Below are positions 48,015 to 56,929 of a stretch of DNA of 64,000 bases, piece after piece; position 1 is the stretch's first letter, and each line of letters opens with the position of its first letter. The notes under the pieces are model-generated. The model did not search any database, was not told where the DNA came from, and saw only the letters and a program-made list of their open reading frames with translations. Source of the stretch: Bacteroidia bacterium (GTDB lineage: Bacteria > Bacteroidota > Bacteroidia > JABEUT01). The stretch is taken from positions 8,686 to 72,685 of the forward strand of contig DATHNG010000165.1 of NCBI GenBank assembly GCA_035486275.1, written 5' to 3'. A program made the translations under genes and the position numbers.

Positions 48015-49157
48015 ATGAATTGGACTTTGGCTAAAATTCAACGATTTGGCATTGTAATTGCCTTATTAGTTTTCACACTCTTCCCCCATAATAAAGTACT
48101 CGGGCAGGATAAAGTGTGTTTGCAGAAGGCTATATCGTACAAGGCTGGAAAGTTTTCATTTTCAGCATGTAGTGCCGATTTTAATGATGATGGTAAGCCA
48201 GATGTTGCCGTGGTGAACTACAATGGCAACAATATGGTTATTCTTATAAACAATGGCGACGGCACTTTCAAAGATCCCGTTACCTATGCTACAGGACACT
48301 ACCCTACAAGTGTAAAAGCCGGCGATTTTAACAACGATGGTAAAATGGACCTGGCTGTCAGCAACGTAGGAAGTGAAACCATATCAATATTTTTTGGAAA
48401 TGGTGATGGAACCTTTAAAGAAAAGAAGGACTTCCCCGGTGGGCCATTCCCTTGTTTTGTAGCAATTGCTGATTTTAACCACGATAAAAACCTTGATATT
48501 GCAATATCGAATGATAGCAGTAATACAGTAACTATAATGTGTGGTAAGGGCGATGGAACTTTCACACAAACCGGTATTTTCAGGGTAGGTGAGTATCCTT
48601 CACCAATAGCTGTTAGTGATTTTAACGGAGATGGTAATGATGATCTTGCAGTTACCAATACGGGTGGAAACAGTGTTTCGGTCTTACTTGGTAAAGGTGA
48701 TGGAACTTTTGGTAAAGCAAGTGAATATTCAGTAGGTAGTTATCCTAATTGCGTTACCGCCGGTGACTTTAATGGCGACGGAAAAGCTGATATTGCGGCG
48801 GTGAACAGTGCTAATGGCAATGTGTCAATATTACTTAATAAGGGCGATGGTACTTTCAGTAAAGCGCCTAATTTACCTGCAGGTGGCGGTGGGCCAATAT
48901 CTATTGTGGCAGTGGATATGAATAAGGATAAAAAGATTGATCTTGCTTTATGTAATGCAGGAACAAACAATATTTCAATTTTGGTAAATGATGGTGCCGG
49001 AAATTTTGGGGAGCCTGTTACCTTCCCGTCAGGCATATCACCCGTATGTATCTTGGTAGACGATTTCAATGGCGATGGTTTTCTTGACCTCCTAACTGTG
49101 AATAACAACGAAAGTGGGTCTATATCAGTATTTCTGGGGTGCTCAACAAAGCAGTAG
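48015..49157 (+). CDS. FG-GAP/VCBS-repeat protein (predicted 7-bladed propeller), secreted
   Basis: Seven ~50-aa units 'GDFNxDGKxDLAVxNxxxxxVSILLGxGDGTF'. ATG 48015 lies 8 nt after a perfect -7 box. Confidence 0.85.
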   Translation: MNWTLAKIQRFGIVIALLVFTLFPHNKVLGQDKVCLQKAISYKAGKFSFSACSADFNDDGKPDVAVVNYNGNNMVILINNGDGTFKDPVTYATGHYPTSVKAGDFNNDGKMDLAVSNVGSETISIFFGNGDGTFKEKKDFPGGPFPCFVAIADFNHDKNLDIAISNDSSNTVTIMCGKGDGTFTQTGIFRVGEYPSPIAVSDFNGDGNDDLAVTNTGGNSVSVLLGKGDGTFGKASEYSVGSYPNCVTAGDFNGDGKADIAAVNSANGNVSILLNKGDGTFSKAPNLPAGGGGPISIVAVDMNKDKKIDLALCNAGTNNISILVNDGAGNFGEPVTFPSGISPVCILVDDFNGDGFLDLLTVNNNESGSISVFLGCSTKQ

Positions 49158-49187
49158 AAAGTCACATAATTTTTTGTTTCTCTTTCG

Positions 49188-49195
49188 TAAATTTG
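49188..49195 (+). promoter_or_regulatory. -7 box TAAATTTG upstream of the MBL-rhodanese gene
   Basis: Perfect motif, 22 nt before ATG 49218. Confidence 0.4.
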
Positions 49196-49217
49196 CATAA
49201 ATATTAAAAGAACGAAA

Positions 49218-50600
49218 ATGTACATACAACAGATATATACAGGATGCCTTGCACAAGCGGCTTATTATATTGAATCGGACGGTGAAGCGGCCATAATTGA
49301 CCCATTGCGAGATATACAAACCTATATTGATATTGCTATGGCACGTAAAGCCCAGATAAAATATATTATGGAAACCCATTTCCATGCCGATTTTGTTTCT
49401 GGTCACATTGACCTGGTTAAAAAAACCGGAGCAAAAATTATTTACGGCCCGGGTGCTACAGCAGGCTATGAAATTATTGCCGCTACCGATGGACAGGAAT
49501 TTAAGCTGGGGAAATCTATTATACAGGTTATTCATACACCTGGGCACACAATAGAGTCGTGTTGCTTTTTGGTAAAAGATGAAAAAGGAAATGTTACTTC
49601 ACTTTTTTCAGGCGATACATTATTTGTAGGCGAAGTAGGCAGGGTTGACCTTGCTGCAAAGCATTACCTCTCAAAAGAAGAATTGGCTTCAATGCTATAT
49701 GACTCATTAGAAAAGTTGAAAAAACTGCCTGATAATGTTGTCGTATATCCTGGCCATGGTGCAGGTTCTGCATGTGGTAAGAACATTGGTAAAGAAACAA
49801 CTACTACTATGGGTGAACAACGGAGAAATAACTATGCTTTGCAACCTATGAGCAGGGAAAAATTCGTTGAAACGATGCTTGATGGATTGCAAGCACCTCC
49901 TCAATATTTCTTTACCGATGCTGTAATAAACCGTAAGGGTTATGAAAATGATATGGATACACTTATGCACAATAACGCTCATGCATTGGATGTTACTGAA
50001 TTTAAAAAGCAAATGGAATCGGGCATAACAGTATTGGATACGCGTACACCAGAAGATTTTGCAAAGGAACATATTACCGGTGCTACCAATATTGGTCTTG
50101 GCGGACAGTTTGCAATTTGGGTAGGAACCATTTTTAGAGATGAACCTTTCCTGCTTATATGCGATGAAGGAAAAGAAGAAGAAGCTATTATGAGATTAGG
50201 GCGTGTAGGCTACGATAAGGTATTGGGCTATCTGAAAGGCGGAATAAAGGCCTGGAAAGCTGCCGGAAATAACACCTTAGATGTGGAATCAATTACGGCC
50301 GATGAGTTTGTGAAACAGATGAATGACGGTAGTAAACTTATTGATGTGCGTAACGAAGGAGAACTTGCTAAAGGAGCTATAAAAGATGCAATAAATATTC
50401 CGTTAGGCACATTACCACAGCAGGTTTCATCGCTCGATAAAAAGAACCATTACTACGTATACTGCCAGGGTGGTTACCGTTCAATGATAGCTAATTCTAT
50501 TTTGCAAAAGAATGGCATTACTAATATTACTAATGTAATTGGGGGTATGGGTGCCATTTCAAAGACCGGAATTAAACTGGTGGTTGCTGAAGAGGTTTAA
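49218..50600 (+). CDS. MBL-fold persulfide-dioxygenase-like enzyme fused to two rhodanese domains
   Basis: 'THFHADFVSGH' metal motif, and a C-terminal rhodanese active loop 'CQGGYRS'. The middle rhodanese-like domain lacks an obvious CxxxxxR loop. Confidence 0.8.
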   Translation: MYIQQIYTGCLAQAAYYIESDGEAAIIDPLRDIQTYIDIAMARKAQIKYIMETHFHADFVSGHIDLVKKTGAKIIYGPGATAGYEIIAATDGQEFKLGKSIIQVIHTPGHTIESCCFLVKDEKGNVTSLFSGDTLFVGEVGRVDLAAKHYLSKEELASMLYDSLEKLKKLPDNVVVYPGHGAGSACGKNIGKETTTTMGEQRRNNYALQPMSREKFVETMLDGLQAPPQYFFTDAVINRKGYENDMDTLMHNNAHALDVTEFKKQMESGITVLDTRTPEDFAKEHITGATNIGLGGQFAIWVGTIFRDEPFLLICDEGKEEEAIMRLGRVGYDKVLGYLKGGIKAWKAAGNNTLDVESITADEFVKQMNDGSKLIDVRNEGELAKGAIKDAINIPLGTLPQQVSSLDKKNHYYVYCQGGYRSMIANSILQKNGITNITNVIGGMGAISKTGIKLVVAEEV

Positions 50601-51385
50601 CCCTCAAACGTAAACGATACAAGAAATACCTGTGAAGTTAAGGACTCAAGTGATTGAGTATAGACAGTATTGTCTTTGATAAAAAGATTTCGTATGCCTT
50701 GTGATACCTTTAGTTCAACACCGAATTTGAAGTAGGGTAAAAAGAACTGCAGGCCTGCTCCTGCTTCGTATGCATAATCATTGCGGATTATCCGCACGGT
50801 TGCATTCACACCTGCTAATTGTTGGTTAACTCCTGTTTGCGATGCAAGGTCAGTTATATACTTTGCCCCTGCCAGAACGTATGCCTGAAAGTTTGTAAGT
50901 CGTTTGGATATAAGCTTAACATCAATAGGGAAATCAAGAAATGTTGATTCAACTTTCTTGGTTACAGTGAAACTATCAACCTTTCCTTGAAATGTATATG
51001 CCAGATCACGTTCTGCGAATGATAGATCAGGCACAAAGCGTAATTTCAAATACGGACCTATTTTAACCTCAGATACAATACCTAAATTAAACCCTGTTTG
51101 GGGGTTTGAGTAAATTGTTTTTAAGCTATCCTGAAAATGCCCGCCAAGATTAGGTATAGGTTGTACAACAAAATTGGTGCTATTAACGGCTATTATAAAC
51201 CCAAAGTGCATAAATGTATGGTCATACCCTGGCAGGTTCATTTCCTGTGCCTGTGTTTTACCACCAAGCATAAATAAGAACAAAACAGGCAAACAGCCCT
51301 TTATGCATTGCCTGTATAATCGTATTGGAAGTGGAGCCCTATCGGCTATAGTGAACATAGATTTGATTAACGTGTGGCGAGGCAT
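50597..51385 (-). CDS. Outer-membrane beta-barrel protein, PorT-like
   Basis: Hydrophobic signal-like 'CLPVLFLFMLGGKTQAQE' and beta-strand periodicity. ATG 51385 begins 1 nt after the ubiE stop. ubiE-porT adjacency is recalled from other Bacteroidota and is not verified. Confidence 0.5.
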   Translation of the reverse strand: MPRHTLIKSMFTIADRAPLPIRLYRQCIKGCLPVLFLFMLGGKTQAQEMNLPGYDHTFMHFGFIIAVNSTNFVVQPIPNLGGHFQDSLKTIYSNPQTGFNLGIVSEVKIGPYLKLRFVPDLSFAERDLAYTFQGKVDSFTVTKKVESTFLDFPIDVKLISKRLTNFQAYVLAGAKYITDLASQTGVNQQLAGVNATVRIIRNDYAYEAGAGLQFFLPYFKFGVELKVSQGIRNLFIKDNTVYTQSLESLTSQVFLVSFTFEG

Positions 51386-51386
51386 T

Positions 51387-52133
51387 TTATTTCGCAATAC
51401 CTTTTTTTTTTGCTACATAAATAGATGCTATACCCATACTTTGAGGGTAGTGTTTAGCATTAACATAGCCTACTTTGTTAAGAATAGAAATAAATGCATT
51501 GCCTGTAGGGAACGCGCCAACCGAACGATTCAGGTAGTTATAGGCTTTGCCATCTGAAAAAATACCGCCTATTGCAGGGCATATTTTTGTCATGTATGCT
51601 TTATACAGGCTTTTGAAGGGCATATTTTCAGGGTCCGATGCCTCTAATATTAATATTGTTCCATCGGGGCGTAATACCCTTAGCATTTCAGAAAGGCCTT
51701 TTTCAAGGTATTCAAAATTCCGTACCCCAAAAGCAGAGCTTACCAGATCAAATGACCCATCAGTAAAAGGAAGATTTTCGCTATCGGCTTCCTGCAGATC
51801 AATAATTGAACTTAGTCCTTTGCGCTCCATTTTTTTTCTTCCCAGTTCAAGCATCACTTCTGCAATATCAATACCAATAACCTTTTTTGGTTTTAAGCGC
51901 ATCATTTCAACGGCAAAATCACCCGTACCGGTAGCCACATCAAGTATGTCTTTTGGCTGGTATGGCGCAACAAGTTTTATTGCCTTCCTTCTCCAGATGG
52001 TGTCAATTCTGAGTGTCAGCAACCGGTTCATGAAATCGTACCGGTGCGCGATGTTATTGAACATTTTACGCACCTGTTCCTTTTTGCTAAGGTTCAGATC
52101 TTCATAAGGAATAATGTGCGACCGGGAGCTCAT
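51387..52133 (-). CDS. ubiE: Demethylmenaquinone / ubiquinone C-methyltransferase
   Basis: 'VRKMFNNIAHRYDFMNRLLTLRID', SAM motif 'ILDVATGTGD', 'PFTDGSFDLV'. Confidence 0.9.
   Translation of the reverse strand: MSSRSHIIPYEDLNLSKKEQVRKMFNNIAHRYDFMNRLLTLRIDTIWRRKAIKLVAPYQPKDILDVATGTGDFAVEMMRLKPKKVIGIDIAEVMLELGRKKMERKGLSSIIDLQEADSENLPFTDGSFDLVSSAFGVRNFEYLEKGLSEMLRVLRPDGTILILEASDPENMPFKSLYKAYMTKICPAIGGIFSDGKAYNYLNRSVGAFPTGNAFISILNKVGYVNAKHYPQSMGIASIYVAKKKGIAK
51402..51411 (-). repeat. A10 homopolymer (minus strand) in the last codons of ubiE, 17 nt upstream of the PorT-like ATG
   Basis: gca aaa aaa aaa ggt encodes 'AKKKG'. It is the longest homopolymer I found in the window. Confidence 0.9.
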
Positions 52134-52137
52134 TGAC

Positions 52138-53130
52138 TTATAGGTATTGCTTGGCTTCTGCCAGCAATTGTTCTTTATTTACAGGTACAACACCCGATTT
52201 TTCACATACCTGGCCGCCAGCCAGGTTCGAAAGATACGCCATATCAGTTGGCGATAAACCCAACGCACAGCACAATGCAGCGACACTTACTACGGTATCT
52301 CCTGCTCCTGAAACATCAGATATATTCCGTATATGTGCAGGTATTAATTTTTTATCGGTATCAGAGTTTACATACACTCCATGTTCAGAGAGTGTAATAA
52401 GGGCAATATCAATATCTTGTTTTTTACGGAACACTTCAACTGTTCTGCGTAACGATTCCATATCTTTTGCATTAACATCTGTTCCCAATCCCTCTTTTAA
52501 TTCTTTCAGGTTAGGTTTAAATAAAGTCACTTTGCGGTAGGCCAGGAAATTCCTTTTTTTAGGGTCCACCACCGTAGGTACTTCAAGTTTTTTTGCAAGC
52601 GCTATTACTTTATCTATAAGGCTTACAGAGATAGCGCCTTTGTCATAATCTTCAAAAATTATAACGTTTATTTTACCTGTTATAATAAGCTTTTCTATCT
52701 GGGCAAAAAGCTTCTCAGTATGCGCAGCACCAATTACTTCATCTACCTCTTCATCAATACGCACAATATGATGATTGCTGCTTATAATACGGGTTTTTGT
52801 AGTAGTAGGCCGGTCCTTAACCCTAATCAACCCTTGCACAGGCAGTTTTGCAGCTTGCATTATTTTAACGAGTTTGTCACCGTTATCATCGTCGCCAATA
52901 ATACCACACAAATACGGAGTAGCACCCATAGCCTGAATATTTACGGCCACATTACCTGCGCCACCTAAACGGCTCTCTTTTTTGCGTACGCTTACTATAG
53001 GTACAGGCGCTTCAGGTGAAATACGGCTAACATCGCCCCAGTAGTATGAGTCGAGCATTAGGTCGCCAATAATAAGTACGTTGATCTTATTAAATGAGTT
53101 GAATATTTTGTTAAGCTCTGCCTGGTTCAC
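52138..53130 (-). CDS. D-glycero-beta-D-manno-heptose-7-phosphate kinase (RfaE domain I only)
   Basis: 'VLIIGDLMLDSYYWGDVSRISPEAPVPIV' and PfkB C-terminal 'DVSGAGDTV'. GTG start. No adenylyltransferase domain. Confidence 0.85.
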   Translation of the reverse strand: MNQAELNKIFNSFNKINVLIIGDLMLDSYYWGDVSRISPEAPVPIVSVRKKESRLGGAGNVAVNIQAMGATPYLCGIIGDDDNGDKLVKIMQAAKLPVQGLIRVKDRPTTTKTRIISSNHHIVRIDEEVDEVIGAAHTEKLFAQIEKLIITGKINVIIFEDYDKGAISVSLIDKVIALAKKLEVPTVVDPKKRNFLAYRKVTLFKPNLKELKEGLGTDVNAKDMESLRRTVEVFRKKQDIDIALITLSEHGVYVNSDTDKKLIPAHIRNISDVSGAGDTVVSVAALCCALGLSPTDMAYLSNLAGGQVCEKSGVVPVNKEQLLAEAKQYL

Positions 53131-53136
53131 AATAAT

Positions 53137-54330
53137 TTATTTTAATAGTGCTAGTGACTCTTTCATTCTTTCTAGTGCCTTTACCAATAGTTCTTCAGCA
53201 GCAGCATACGAGAAACGGATATAATTATCATCTCCGAATGCAGCACCCGGTACAAGTGCAACCCTCGCATTATCAAGCAAAAAGAAGCAAAGATCCGTAG
53301 CATTATTTATTACGGTTCCATTAAATGACTTGCCAAAATAATAACTTACATCAGGAAATACATAAAAAGCGCCATCAGGCACATTTGCTTTCATTCCAGG
53401 TATTTCTTTCATCATTTTCAATACGGTATCTCTTCGTTTCTTAAACGTATCGCGCATTGAAAATGTAATGGAAGGATCCAACGACACAGCTTTTTCAGTG
53501 GCTTTCTGCCCAATTGAACAGGTTGCTGATGTAACCTGCCCTTGTATCTTATCACATGCTTTTGCAATGGCAAGGGGGGCGCCTAAATAACCTACTCTCC
53601 AGCCGGTCATAGCAAATGCTTTTGAAACGCCATTAACGGTAATTACTCTGCCTTTTACCGATGGTATAGTACCAATGCTTTCAGTTTTTCCAATAAAATT
53701 GATATGCTCGTATATCTCATCAGATATAATGATGATTTGGGGATATTCAGCAAAAACAGCCGCAATACCTTCAAGTTCTTTTTTAGAATAAATAGAACCG
53801 GTAGGGTTACATGGTGAACTGAAAATGAAAAGTTTTGTTTTAGGAGTAATAGCTTTCTTTATCTGTTCAGGAGTTACTTTGAAATTGTTTTCTATACCTG
53901 CCTTTACAAGCACACTCTTACCCTCTGCCAAACGAATGATCTCTAAATAACTTACCCAATATGGCACAGGAACTATAACTTCATCACCTGCGTTAATAAG
54001 GCTTAATACTGCATTAGCAATTGATTGTTTTGCGCCTGTTGATACAACTATTTGCTCAGCACTATAATCAAGATTATTATCACGTTTAAATTTCCTGGAG
54101 ATAGCTTCACGTAATTCTAAATAACCTGCAACGGGAGTGTAATAGCTGAAATTATCATCAATAGCCTTTTTTGCTGCTTCTTTTACAGCATCAGGAGTTG
54201 GAAAATCAGGTTCACCAAGGCTAAGGTTTACAATATCAATTCCTTTTGCTTTTAATTCCCTGCTGCGTCTTGACATTGCAAGTGTCTGCGATTCAGATAA
54301 GCCGGAAACCCGGGCTGACAATAATTCCAT
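53137..54330 (-). CDS. PLP-dependent aminotransferase class I (aspartate aminotransferase-like)
   Basis: 'NLSLGEPDFPTP', 'SSPCNPTGS', PLP-lysine region 'NGVSKAFAMTGWRVGY'. ATG 54330 (the track start at 54336 is TTG). Confidence 0.88.
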   Translation of the reverse strand: MELLSARVSGLSESQTLAMSRRSRELKAKGIDIVNLSLGEPDFPTPDAVKEAAKKAIDDNFSYYTPVAGYLELREAISRKFKRDNNLDYSAEQIVVSTGAKQSIANAVLSLINAGDEVIVPVPYWVSYLEIIRLAEGKSVLVKAGIENNFKVTPEQIKKAITPKTKLFIFSSPCNPTGSIYSKKELEGIAAVFAEYPQIIIISDEIYEHINFIGKTESIGTIPSVKGRVITVNGVSKAFAMTGWRVGYLGAPLAIAKACDKIQGQVTSATCSIGQKATEKAVSLDPSITFSMRDTFKKRRDTVLKMMKEIPGMKANVPDGAFYVFPDVSYYFGKSFNGTVINNATDLCFFLLDNARVALVPGAAFGDDNYIRFSYAAAEELLVKALERMKESLALLK

Positions 54331-54353
54331 ATACAATATACGTTATAGGGTAG

Positions 54354-54361
54354 CAAAGCTA
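54354..54361 (-). promoter_or_regulatory. -7 box TAGCTTTG upstream of the aminotransferase-heptose kinase-ubiE-PorT-like gene string
   Basis: Perfect motif on the minus strand, 23 nt from ATG 54330. Confidence 0.4.
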
Positions 54362-54457
54362 CAAAAATCCTTCATAGCCCTTAAAAATCACCATATAAAG
54401 GTTGTGAATTCCTTTATTATAGATGGATAGGGTTAACTTAAAATATGCTAAAACGGG

Positions 54458-55126
54458 TTACTTAACTTCCTTAGCTTGTTTTGCCAGATCATCAACCACT
54501 TTTTGCTGGTTACTTATTTCCGTCTGCTTTTTAGCCTGATCGCTCTTATTCTTTTCCAAAGCGTCCTGATCCTTCTTTATTCTGTTCTGATAATCAGATA
54601 TATCACTATTCAGGTTCTTGTTATCTTTTTCCAGGTCTTTTTGTTGGCTATTCAATTTATCCAAAGCCTTTTGTTGTGTTTTTTGTTTATCTGTAATTGC
54701 TTCTGAAGTCAATTTAACCGCAAAATCGTGCATTATTTTTTCTGCTATTTTGTATTTATCAGCATGGGCTGATGAAGACAAGTAAGCACCACCAAGGTCG
54801 AAGGACACTACCAATTGAACTTCACCATCCTTTTTTACGTCAAAACGTGCATATATATCAATAGTATTATTGCCCATTTCCTTAATTGTTGCATTATCAG
54901 CAAACATTATTCCTTTACTGGAAGATATCTTTTGGGCGTTATAGTCTTTCATTACCGATTTCCACTCCTTTTCTATATCACCTTCATCGGCGCCATAAAT
55001 ACTTACTACAAGTGCATTGTTCTTACCTTTTCCAAAGTCCTCACTTTGTTCATGAACCTGAATTTTTTGACCCCATGAGTTTGCAAATAATAAACTGGAT
55101 ATGATTAGTAGTGTAAACTTTCTCAT
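54458..55126 (-). CDS. Hypothetical secreted protein with Lys/Gln/Asp-rich coiled-coil tail
   Basis: Signal peptide 'MRKFTLLIISSLLFANSWGQ', a globular N-half and a heptad-like C-half. Confidence 0.55.
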   Translation of the reverse strand: MRKFTLLIISSLLFANSWGQKIQVHEQSEDFGKGKNNALVVSIYGADEGDIEKEWKSVMKDYNAQKISSSKGIMFADNATIKEMGNNTIDIYARFDVKKDGEVQLVVSFDLGGAYLSSSAHADKYKIAEKIMHDFAVKLTSEAITDKQKTQQKALDKLNSQQKDLEKDNKNLNSDISDYQNRIKKDQDALEKNKSDQAKKQTEISNQQKVVDDLAKQAKEVK

Positions 55127-55150
55127 GATATATGGGTTTTAAGGTTTATA

Positions 55151-55158
55151 CAAATATA
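55151..55158 (-). promoter_or_regulatory. -7 box TATATTTG upstream of the coiled-coil protein gene
   Basis: Perfect motif on the minus strand, 24 nt from ATG 55126. Confidence 0.4.
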
Positions 55159-55197
55159 AAATATTCCCGAAAATGGTGGAGTTTTATATCGTAAAGT

Positions 55198-55590
55198 CTA
55201 TTTCTTTGCTGCAATTAAGCCTTCACGGCGTGCAACGATATAATGCCATACCTGATTATATTGAATAGAATCGAGTTTGGCCTTTTTACCCATTTCCTGC
55301 ATAATATTAGGCCAGTCACTTACACTGAACTCCAAAAGGTTTTTCATTTCATGGCAATCGTTACACTTGGTTGAATATATTTTATATCCCTCAATAAGCT
55401 CTTCGGCAGTTACTGAAGGCCAATGTGCCTGAGCTAAGGGAATATCTGTTTGCTGCGGGTGGAATGGATCAACCTTAACAACAGTGGTTGAAGTAGTTGG
55501 TTTAGTATTGGTGCATTGTACAATTACAATTGTTGAAATTATAACAAAAATGGCTACATATTGTTTAGCGGGAAAGAGTTGTTTTTTCAT
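55198..55590 (-). CDS. Small membrane-anchored c-type cytochrome-like protein
   Basis: N-terminal TM helix and a single heme-binding motif 'CNDCH', with downstream Met candidates ('NIMQEMG'). Confidence 0.45.
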   Translation of the reverse strand: MKKQLFPAKQYVAIFVIISTIVIVQCTNTKPTTSTTVVKVDPFHPQQTDIPLAQAHWPSVTAEELIEGYKIYSTKCNDCHEMKNLLEFSVSDWPNIMQEMGKKAKLDSIQYNQVWHYIVARREGLIAAKK

Positions 55591-55606
55591 AATTAGATCA
55601 GAGTAA

Positions 55607-55614
55607 CAAATCTA
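55607..55614 (-). promoter_or_regulatory. -7 box TAGATTTG upstream of the cytochrome-c-like gene
   Basis: Perfect motif on the minus strand, 16 nt from ATG 55590. Confidence 0.4.
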
Positions 55615-55633
55615 AAGTGTTTTTAATTAATAG

Positions 55634-56860
55634 CTAAACCTCCTCAATATAATCAAGGTCTTTGCCATAGGTTTCATTAAGCTTATAGAGTGAAAACAGG
55701 GCAAGCCCGATGCAAAGAATACCTGTGAATAATGCCGCATCCCATTTTCCATACATAGGAATTAAAAATGTGATAAGGGCATTTACACCAATAACTGAGC
55801 CTCTTACAAAATTCGGAACGGTAGTAGTAACGGTAGCACGCAGGTTTGTTCCGAATTGTTCGGATGAAACGGTAACAAATATTATCCAATAACCCTGAGC
55901 GATACCCAGGAAGAAAATAATTCCGTAGAACAAAGTTGAACTTAACCCGAAGGAACAGAAATATGCTGTTGTGAAAAGAATAAGTACCGCAAAAGCAAGC
56001 CACAATGATTTTTTCCGGGAATGTAGCGCCTGGCCTACAATGCCCCACAAAAAACTTCCTATAGAAGCACCAATGTAATGTATCATAACTGCCCGGCCGG
56101 CAATAACTGTTCCATTTATGTGAAGCACCTTATCTGAAAAATCATCAGAGTATGCTATAAGGTAACCAATTATATACCATACCGGAATCCCCAGAAGAAT
56201 ACAGTACAGGTATTTTAAAAACCTTTTTCTATTGGTGAAAAGCATAAGAAAATTACCCCTTGAAACCTGTTGTGTATCGAGTTTTTTAAACATACCCGAT
56301 TCTACAACAAACACCCTTAGTACAAGTAAAAGCAATCCTAATATACCACCCATTAAATACGCCATCTTCCAATTAAAGCCTGCTGTAATTGCATATCCCA
56401 GTACCGCGCCAAGTATACCAATTGCACCAACCACGGTGGTTCCAAAGCCACGTTTTGCAGTAGTCATAACTTCCGATACAAGTGTAATACCAACACCAAG
56501 TTCACCGGCTAGGCCAAAGCCTGCAATAAAACGCATAGTTGCATATTGCATAATATTCACCACAAATGCATTAGCAATATTGGCTAATGAATATATCAGA
56601 ATGGTAAAGAACAATACAGATAAACGTCCTTTTTTATCACCCAATACTCCCCATAAAATCCCTCCAAGAACCATTCCCAGCATTTGCATATTCATAAGGA
56701 ATTTTCCTTGGGTAAGTAGATCTTCTCCTGAGAAACCAAGGGCCTTCAGGCTGGGAACGCGCACAATGTTGAAGAGTACAAGGTCATAAATATCTACGAA
56801 GTAGCCAAGAGCCGCTACAATTACTATAATGTTAAGAGTACGCGAAGTAAGTTTATTCAC
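55634..56860 (-). CDS. MFS transporter
   Basis: 12-TM pattern and 'GVLGDKKGR' loop 2-3 motif. GTG start. Confidence 0.85.
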   Translation of the reverse strand: MNKLTSRTLNIIVIVAALGYFVDIYDLVLFNIVRVPSLKALGFSGEDLLTQGKFLMNMQMLGMVLGGILWGVLGDKKGRLSVLFFTILIYSLANIANAFVVNIMQYATMRFIAGFGLAGELGVGITLVSEVMTTAKRGFGTTVVGAIGILGAVLGYAITAGFNWKMAYLMGGILGLLLLVLRVFVVESGMFKKLDTQQVSRGNFLMLFTNRKRFLKYLYCILLGIPVWYIIGYLIAYSDDFSDKVLHINGTVIAGRAVMIHYIGASIGSFLWGIVGQALHSRKKSLWLAFAVLILFTTAYFCSFGLSSTLFYGIIFFLGIAQGYWIIFVTVSSEQFGTNLRATVTTTVPNFVRGSVIGVNALITFLIPMYGKWDAALFTGILCIGLALFSLYKLNETYGKDLDYIEEV

Positions 56861-56929
56861 ACGTATATATTTAAAGAAGAATGAATTGCTAAAATAATCA
56901 GTTTTTAATGTGTAAAACCAAATATTACT

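Noticed and set aside
48150-49130. Regular ~150-nt periodicity that could mimic a repeat array
   Set aside because: It is in-frame protein repeats of the FG-GAP propeller, with no spacer/repeat architecture. It is not a CRISPR array or a satellite.
48299-49225. 119-aa and 161-aa ORFs antisense to the FG-GAP gene
   Set aside because: The repeat structure of the sense gene suppresses stops on the opposite strand. Their translations are repeat echoes ('PSPLKS...').
51547-52540. 186-aa and 135-aa ORFs antisense to ubiE and the heptose kinase
   Set aside because: These are shadow ORFs within strongly supported minus-strand genes, with low-complexity Ser/Phe/Ile-rich translations.
56232-56789. 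185-aa ORF antisense to the MFS transporter
   Set aside because: It is a shadow frame of a 12-TM transporter gene, Pro/Thr/Ser-rich, with no independent signals.
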